Shown: in pieces, positions 58,886-64,000 of the stretch | Numbering within the stretch: position 1 is the stretch's first letter | How the letters are laid out: each line of letters opens with the position of its first letter | Source: an uncultured Clostridia bacterium | GTDB lineage: Bacteria > Bacillota > Clostridia > Christensenellales > UBA1242 | DNA: 64,000 bases | Reading direction: 5' to 3' | Assembly (NCBI GenBank): GCA_944383315.1 | Contig: CALWPB010000003.1 | Span: 294 to 64,293, forward strand | Position numbers and translations under genes: made by a program | Notes under the pieces: model-generated | What the model saw: the letters and a program-made list of their open reading frames with translations, nothing else | Database searches by the model: none | Told to the model about the DNA's origin: nothing

Positions 58886-60382
58886 ATGTTACAACTTACA
58901 CATATTTCAAAAGAATTTGGTAGCAAAACAGTACTTGATAACGTAGATTTAACCGTATATTCGGGCGAGCATATCGGCATAATCGGGGACAATGGGCAAG
59001 GCAAGACAACTTTACTTGATATTATTGCAGGTAGACAGAAAATAGATAATGGCACCATTTTAATAGACGAAAAAATAGGATTTTTGGAACAAAATGCACG
59101 CGTGAATTGTGCCAAGTTGCTTGATAAACTTAAAAATCAGGAATTTGCAAACGACTTTTACAAGAATTTAAAAATATTGGGTATTGATGGCAATATTTCG
59201 TTAATAGAAAATAGAATAAAAGCCCTAAGTTGTGGAGAACGCATAAAAATAGCACTCGCTAGCGTGTTAGCGGACAATCCAACTACACTTTTACTCGATG
59301 AGCCGACTAATCACTTGGACCAAAAGGGCAAGAAGCAATTACTTGCGCTATTAAATGGCTTTTATGGTACAATAATTGCGGTTAGCCACGATATAGATTT
59401 TCTCAATAATTTCGCATATAAAATCATTGAAGTTAAGGCGGGAAAACTTATAGAATATCAAGGGAATTATGATGATTATACTACTCAGAAAGAAAAAGAG
59501 CGCTTGCGCATAGCACGCGAGTATGAAGCACATCAAAGACGCGTAAAAGATATAAACAAGCAAATAGAAAACTATAAGGAAGCCTTGCATATTTCAGATT
59601 TAAAACGTAGACCGGGAGCAAATCGCACTTGTTCTACAACTACACAAGACGAGCGCGCGGGAAGTCTTAGTCGTTTTGCGGCAAGCCGTATTACAAAATT
59701 GCGTCAAGAGTTAGAGAAAGACATTGAACATCCCGAACGCGAACACAGCATAAGATACAAATTACAAAAAGAAGATTTGCGGGCGCGTTTTGCTTATATT
59801 GCTGAAGATTTGGGCAAAACCTTTGACGACAAAGTGCTTTTTGAACACGCAAATTTCACCGTAGAGAGCGGAGATAAAATTGCACTAATAGGGGACAACG
59901 GCGTGGGTAAGTCAACGTTAATTAGTATTTTGCTAGGCAAAACAGATTATACGGGTAAACTTTTTACCGCATCGAGTGTGCGCCCTGTGTTAATGCAGCA
60001 AGATATATATGACCTTGATTTTGATAGTACAATAAATGAAATGAGTAAACAGTTTGATAAAAACTACCGCACAAATTTTATACTAAATCTCACAACAATG
60101 AATATAGATAAATCGCGTTTTGATACCAAAATAGGTAAGTTAAGTTCAGGCGAGAAAATGCGTATAAAACTCACGCAAATTATACTTAGTGATGCAAATC
60201 TTATTATACTCGACGAGCCTACAAACCACCTAGATATTGCAAATAAAAAGTATCTAGAAAAAGTGCTCGCAGGATATCAGGGCACATTGATTGTTATCAG
60301 CCACGATGCCGATTTTTTACGTAATACCACAAATAAAACTTTCGAAATTTCAGACAAAACAATCAAAGTCTACAATAGATAA
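58886..60382 (+). CDS. ABC-F family ATPase (ARE/ribosome-protection-type architecture)
   Basis: Two NBDs (GDNGQGKTT/LSCGERIK and GDNGVGKST/LSSGEKMR), charged inter-domain linker, no TMD. AAGGAG SD. Confidence 0.85.
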   Translation: MLQLTHISKEFGSKTVLDNVDLTVYSGEHIGIIGDNGQGKTTLLDIIAGRQKIDNGTILIDEKIGFLEQNARVNCAKLLDKLKNQEFANDFYKNLKILGIDGNISLIENRIKALSCGERIKIALASVLADNPTTLLLDEPTNHLDQKGKKQLLALLNGFYGTIIAVSHDIDFLNNFAYKIIEVKAGKLIEYQGNYDDYTTQKEKERLRIAREYEAHQRRVKDINKQIENYKEALHISDLKRRPGANRTCSTTTQDERAGSLSRFAASRITKLRQELEKDIEHPEREHSIRYKLQKEDLRARFAYIAEDLGKTFDDKVLFEHANFTVESGDKIALIGDNGVGKSTLISILLGKTDYTGKLFTASSVRPVLMQQDIYDLDFDSTINEMSKQFDKNYRTNFILNLTTMNIDKSRFDTKIGKLSSGEKMRIKLTQIILSDANLIILDEPTNHLDIANKKYLEKVLAGYQGTLIVISHDADFLRNTTNKTFEISDKTIKVYNR

Positions 60383-60456
60383 TTTTAATTTAACACACTC
60401 CACAAAAAACATTAATTTATATTGATACATAAGACTATATTTTAGGAAAATGCATA

Positions 60457-60485
60457 TTGACAAATATGCGTTTTTTATGTATAAT
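60457..60485 (+). promoter_or_regulatory. Promoter TTGACA-17-TATAAT upstream of the helicase
   Basis: Hexamers at 60457-60462 and 60480-60485. Confidence 0.6.
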
Positions 60486-60532
60486 TATACATAAGAGAAG
60501 AGAACACAAGGAAACAAATAGGAGAAATAAAA

Positions 60533-62758
60533 ATGGAGAAACACAAGCTAGCAATGTTTGATGATGGTATTTTAAAGCCACACAATCAGCAAGTTTATCA
60601 GAAAATTTTAGATGGGTTACTCGATTCAAACAAAGTTTTAGTAGAGCAAGCAACTGGTACGGGTAAATCTTTCCTTGCAATGAAATATATCCACGATTTC
60701 GCGCTAAATAACGGTAAAAAGGTGCTGTTTGTGGCGCCAACGAAAGTAATAGAAGATGCTTTTTTGGATAACTGCGAGGGTGTTTTGGGATATGGGAAAA
60801 ATAGGAATTTTAATGTAGACCTGACCACTTCGCTTTATGCGGGGTTAAAGAACGAAGTAAACAATCATTACGACATCATTATCTTAGACGAAGTACACAG
60901 AGCAGGTGCTGAAGTGTGGGGACAGAGTGTAGAGCAGTTGTTGGCAAACAATTCAAATGCTACTGTTTTAGGTCTTACTGCCACGCTAGACCGTATGGAC
61001 GGTATCGATATAAGACAATATTTTGATAATCGCGAACCCGTTTCGCGCATTTCGCTAGTTAATGCAATTCAATCGGGTATTTTACCTGTTCCAGACTATA
61101 CATTAGCAAAGGTTGATTTTAGCGATGACAAGCAGTTTATTGAGCAAGCCGAGCAAGATTTGATGGATAAACTACATCACGCTACTCGTAATGAAAAGGC
61201 ATATATTACCAAGTATTTAGCCGATTTGAGTGAAGCAAAAAAGATTATTGCCGAAAGTAAGGAATTGCCATACATTTTTGGGAAAGAATTGAATACTCCA
61301 GCATTGAGAAAGGGGAAATATATCGTATTCTGTATTGGTGGGCAAGACGACAACGGAGACAAGTTGCGTATGGAGCAAATGGCTACGCAGGCGCATTACT
61401 GGTTTAGAAATGTTGAAGGCAATCCAAGCATTAAAACTTATGCTGTACATAGTACTTATGGTAGCGAATACAATGCAGAACAAATTGAAGAATTTGAAAA
61501 TGATGATTCAAATAGTATCAAACTATTGTTTTCTGTAAATATGCTAAATGAAGGGAAACACGTAGAAGACATAGACGGTGTGATTATGTTTAGACCTACG
61601 GCATCAAAAGTAATATATTTACAGCAGTTAGGAAGAGCCTTGTCTGTAGGGCACAATGAACACCCCAAAATCTTTGACTTTGTAGCAAATCTCGATATGG
61701 AACGAGTTGATGAGATAAAAAGAACATTAACTCCTACACAAGAAACAGAGCATACAAAACAAGACGGAGACGAAGTACAGGGTGATAGAGACAAGGGTAA
61801 ACCTGTATTTAATATAAATATCAAAAATTTAACCGCTCTTGAGTTTATCAACTCTTTAAAAAGAAATATTTATGAATTTAATGAGACTTTTGATTTTGAT
61901 TTGCTCATAAGTAAATTGAACGAGTACAAAGCAGAAAACGGTGATTTGTTGGTACCATACAATTACGAAACAGAGGATAATTACTCATTAGGAAGAAGAG
62001 TAATTGAATTGAGAAGTACTTATAGAAATGGCAAACTTTCACAGGACCGAATTGATGAGTTAAGCAAAATAGGCTTTGTATGGAGTGCTAAAGACGAAGC
62101 TTTTGAAGAGGGGTTTGCTAGATTGAAAGAATATCAAGCAGAAAATGGCGATTTGCTAGTGCCAGCGGACTATGAAACAGAAGATCAGTATCCGTTAGGA
62201 CAAAAAGTAAATAATATAAGACAATCATTTAGGAAAGGTAAACTTTCCCAAGACAAGATAGACCGTCTAAACGAAATAGGCTTTATATGGAATACTAAAG
62301 ACGAAGCTTTTGAAGAGTTTTGTGCTAGACTAGAAGAATATAAACAAAAAAGTGGTGATTTGTTAGTACCATTAAACTATGAAACAGAAGATCAGTATCC
62401 GTTGGGACAAAAAGTATCTTATATAAGGCAATCATATAGCAGGGGCTATCTTTCCTCGGATAAGAAGAATCGTCTAAATGCAATAGGTTTTGTATGGAAT
62501 ACTAGGGGCAATGTCAAGGGTGAAACTTTTGAAGAGACTTGTACTAGATTAGAAAAATATAAACAAGAAAATGGTGATTTGGTTGTACCAAGGAACTATG
62601 AAACAGAAGATCAGTATCCGTTAGGGTTAAAAGTACATAGTATAAGAGTCGCATATAAGAATGGCAGACTTTCCTCAGACAAAATAGACTATCTAAACGA
62701 GATGGGTTTTGTTTGGGATGCGAGCAAAAAGAAAAAAGATGATCCACAAATGCAGTAA
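60533..62758 (+). CDS. SF2 helicase (ResIII/DEAH-type) with four C-terminal helicase-associated (HA) domains
   Basis: ATGTGKS, DEVH, TATLDR and QQLGRALS motifs, then 4 copies of ...ENGDLLVP.NYETED.YPLG.KV..IR......L..D.I..L..IGF.W. Confidence 0.85.
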   Translation: MEKHKLAMFDDGILKPHNQQVYQKILDGLLDSNKVLVEQATGTGKSFLAMKYIHDFALNNGKKVLFVAPTKVIEDAFLDNCEGVLGYGKNRNFNVDLTTSLYAGLKNEVNNHYDIIILDEVHRAGAEVWGQSVEQLLANNSNATVLGLTATLDRMDGIDIRQYFDNREPVSRISLVNAIQSGILPVPDYTLAKVDFSDDKQFIEQAEQDLMDKLHHATRNEKAYITKYLADLSEAKKIIAESKELPYIFGKELNTPALRKGKYIVFCIGGQDDNGDKLRMEQMATQAHYWFRNVEGNPSIKTYAVHSTYGSEYNAEQIEEFENDDSNSIKLLFSVNMLNEGKHVEDIDGVIMFRPTASKVIYLQQLGRALSVGHNEHPKIFDFVANLDMERVDEIKRTLTPTQETEHTKQDGDEVQGDRDKGKPVFNINIKNLTALEFINSLKRNIYEFNETFDFDLLISKLNEYKAENGDLLVPYNYETEDNYSLGRRVIELRSTYRNGKLSQDRIDELSKIGFVWSAKDEAFEEGFARLKEYQAENGDLLVPADYETEDQYPLGQKVNNIRQSFRKGKLSQDKIDRLNEIGFIWNTKDEAFEEFCARLEEYKQKSGDLLVPLNYETEDQYPLGQKVSYIRQSYSRGYLSSDKKNRLNAIGFVWNTRGNVKGETFEETCTRLEKYKQENGDLVVPRNYETEDQYPLGLKVHSIRVAYKNGRLSSDKIDYLNEMGFVWDASKKKKDDPQMQ
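61889..62719 (+). repeat. Four tandem coding repeats of about 207-219 bp (HA domains)
   Basis: Repeat units of 69-73 aa counted in the translation. Long nucleotide-level matches occur between units, for example GACGAAGCTTTTGAAGAG at two unit boundaries. Confidence 0.85.
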
Positions 62759-62782
62759 AATTTAGTTAAATAGACATTAATT

Positions 62783-62816
62783 AAAAAGATAGTGAAACTT
62801 AATTCACTATCTTTTT
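62783..62816. terminator. Bidirectional terminator
   Basis: AAAGATAGTGAA-ACTTAA-TTCACTATCTTT followed by TT. Confidence 0.8.
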
Positions 62817-62899
62817 GTTTGCTTTGTTAGCCAAACAATTATAATTTAAAATCTAATAAGCCTATGTTTAGGTTATTTAAATTAGAATTAATCGTTTTT

Positions 62900-64000
62900 T
62901 TATATTACAATGCGCGCATCAACTACTAGCAATCTGCCTTTATCGTCTATCATAAGTGGGTTGGCATCAATCTCGCTAATCTCGGGGAAGTCGCCGACAA
63001 GTTGGCTAAGGCGCAAGAGAGTTTCTTCCACAACTTTTAGGTCTGTTGCCATTCCACCACGCACAAAGCCCATAATATTCTTTGCCTTTGTGGCATTTAT
63101 CATATCGCGCGCATTTTGTGTGGTGAGCGGGCAAGGGCGGAAGGTAACTTCCTTTAAGGCTTCGACAAATATCCCACCGAGCCCAAACATCATTTGATGC
63201 ACATCGCCTTTTTTCACAACACCAGCGACCAACTCGCGATTTGCACCGCTTACTTGTTGCATAACTACAATGCCGTCCAGTGTTTCGACAAGGTTTGCCT
63301 TGTTTAGTCTGTCTACAAGCCTATTCCACCAGAACCCGAGTTCGTCCTCGGACTTAATGTTAGTGATTACACCACCAATATCTGTTTTGTGCGTAACCGT
63401 CTTGCTTGAAAGTTTGAGTACAATAGGGTAGCCAATTTGGTTTGCAATGTCTTTGGCATCTTTGAGTGATTGAGCAACCCCAAATTTAGGCAAAGGCAAC
63501 CCGTATGCATCAAAAATTTGAAGGCTTTGCATAGTGGTTAGTTGTGTAATACCTTGTGCCTTTGCATTGTCTAGTATACTTTGCGCACGCGCGCGGTCTA
63601 CTTTTAAGGTAGGCACTGTGTCGTCTTTGATTGCAAGGTATTTCATTCGTTCTACGAGTCTAGCAATACCGTGTACCGCGTCAACTACAAATCTAAATGT
63701 TGGAATATTATAGTCGGGGATAACGTCAAGCACATCGCTATCATATTCAGGTGTTGTCATAAACACGGACACAATAGGCTTGTTTGGGTGCTTTTTCTTT
63801 AATTCTTCAAGATGTTGCGAAATTTTTATGTCGTTTTTGCCCGCAATGTATAGATAAATTACGAGTAAAATATCGACTTCTTTTGCATCAAGCAAGATTG
63901 ACGCGGCTTGCTCGTATTGTTCGGCTGTGGCGCTTGCAATTACGTCTACGGGGTTATTAATACTTGCTTGTGGTGGCAATACCGCGCGCAACTTTTCTTT
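62900..64000 (-). CDS. Acetate--CoA ligase (ADP-forming) family protein, 5'-partial (N-terminus beyond window end)
   Basis: C-terminal ATP-grasp region ...IGYPIVLKLSSKTVTHKTDIGGV...EIDANPLMI.... The ORF is open to position 64000. Confidence 0.8.
   Translation of the reverse strand, partial: KEKLRAVLPPQASINNPVDVIASATAEQYEQAASILLDAKEVDILLVIYLYIAGKNDIKISQHLEELKKKHPNKPIVSVFMTTPEYDSDVLDVIPDYNIPTFRFVVDAVHGIARLVERMKYLAIKDDTVPTLKVDRARAQSILDNAKAQGITQLTTMQSLQIFDAYGLPLPKFGVAQSLKDAKDIANQIGYPIVLKLSSKTVTHKTDIGGVITNIKSEDELGFWWNRLVDRLNKANLVETLDGIVVMQQVSGANRELVAGVVKKGDVHQMMFGLGGIFVEALKEVTFRPCPLTTQNARDMINATKAKNIMGFVRGGMATDLKVVEETLLRLSQLVGDFPEISEIDANPLMIDDKGRLLVVDARIVI

Noticed and set aside
58886-62758. ABC-F plus helicase as a two-gene defence island
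   Set aside because: Each gene has its own consensus promoter and terminator. The ABC-F leader fits translational-stress or antibiotic control. There is no shared operon structure.

Overview
This is a low-GC, Firmicutes-type chromosomal segment. It has GGAGG-type Shine-Dalgarno sites, TTGACA/TATAAT promoters, the sporulation/germination genes veg, spoIIR, sleB and ypeB, and a Prp-processed L27. Most of it is core housekeeping: acpP, trxB, glmM, HU, dus, pgk-tpiA-gpmI, rplU-prp-rpmA, murA, ftsQ, secG-rnr-smpB-ssrA (tmRNA), nrdDG behind two NrdR boxes, tkt, mnmA, gap and fba. I saw no transposase, integrase, reverse transcriptase, CRISPR array, rRNA or tRNA. The accessory content has four parts. 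(1) Three N-terminally anchored adhesin-like surface proteins: a giant InlB-B-repeat/LRR protein cut by the window edge at 1-5513 and missing from the ORF track, plus two paralogs at 11222-13421 and 29195-31123. (2) An ABC-F ATPase behind a leader-peptide attenuator. (3) An SF2 helicase with four tandem HA domains. (4) Two AT-rich orphan genes. The strongest anomaly is in paralog 1. An 87-nt stretch with no adenine sits exactly in the loop between the conserved W-L-R-S and G-V-R-P-A motifs. It coincides with a frameshift and an in-frame TAG. Its flanks are nucleotide-identical to paralog 2, and a GC-rich element plus a tetraloop hairpin follow it. This resembles a targeted-hypermutation (DGR-like) variable region whose template and reverse transcriptase would lie outside this window; that reading is inference only. 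Other notable signals: a G11 tract with a complementary C-run hairpin inside an upstream ORF of paralog 2; about ten decayed tandem copies of the paralog 2 gene 3' end; a 94-bp duplication of the acpP 3' end around a scrambled ACP-like fragment; and a conserved 12-nt-arm palindromic intergenic repeat family.
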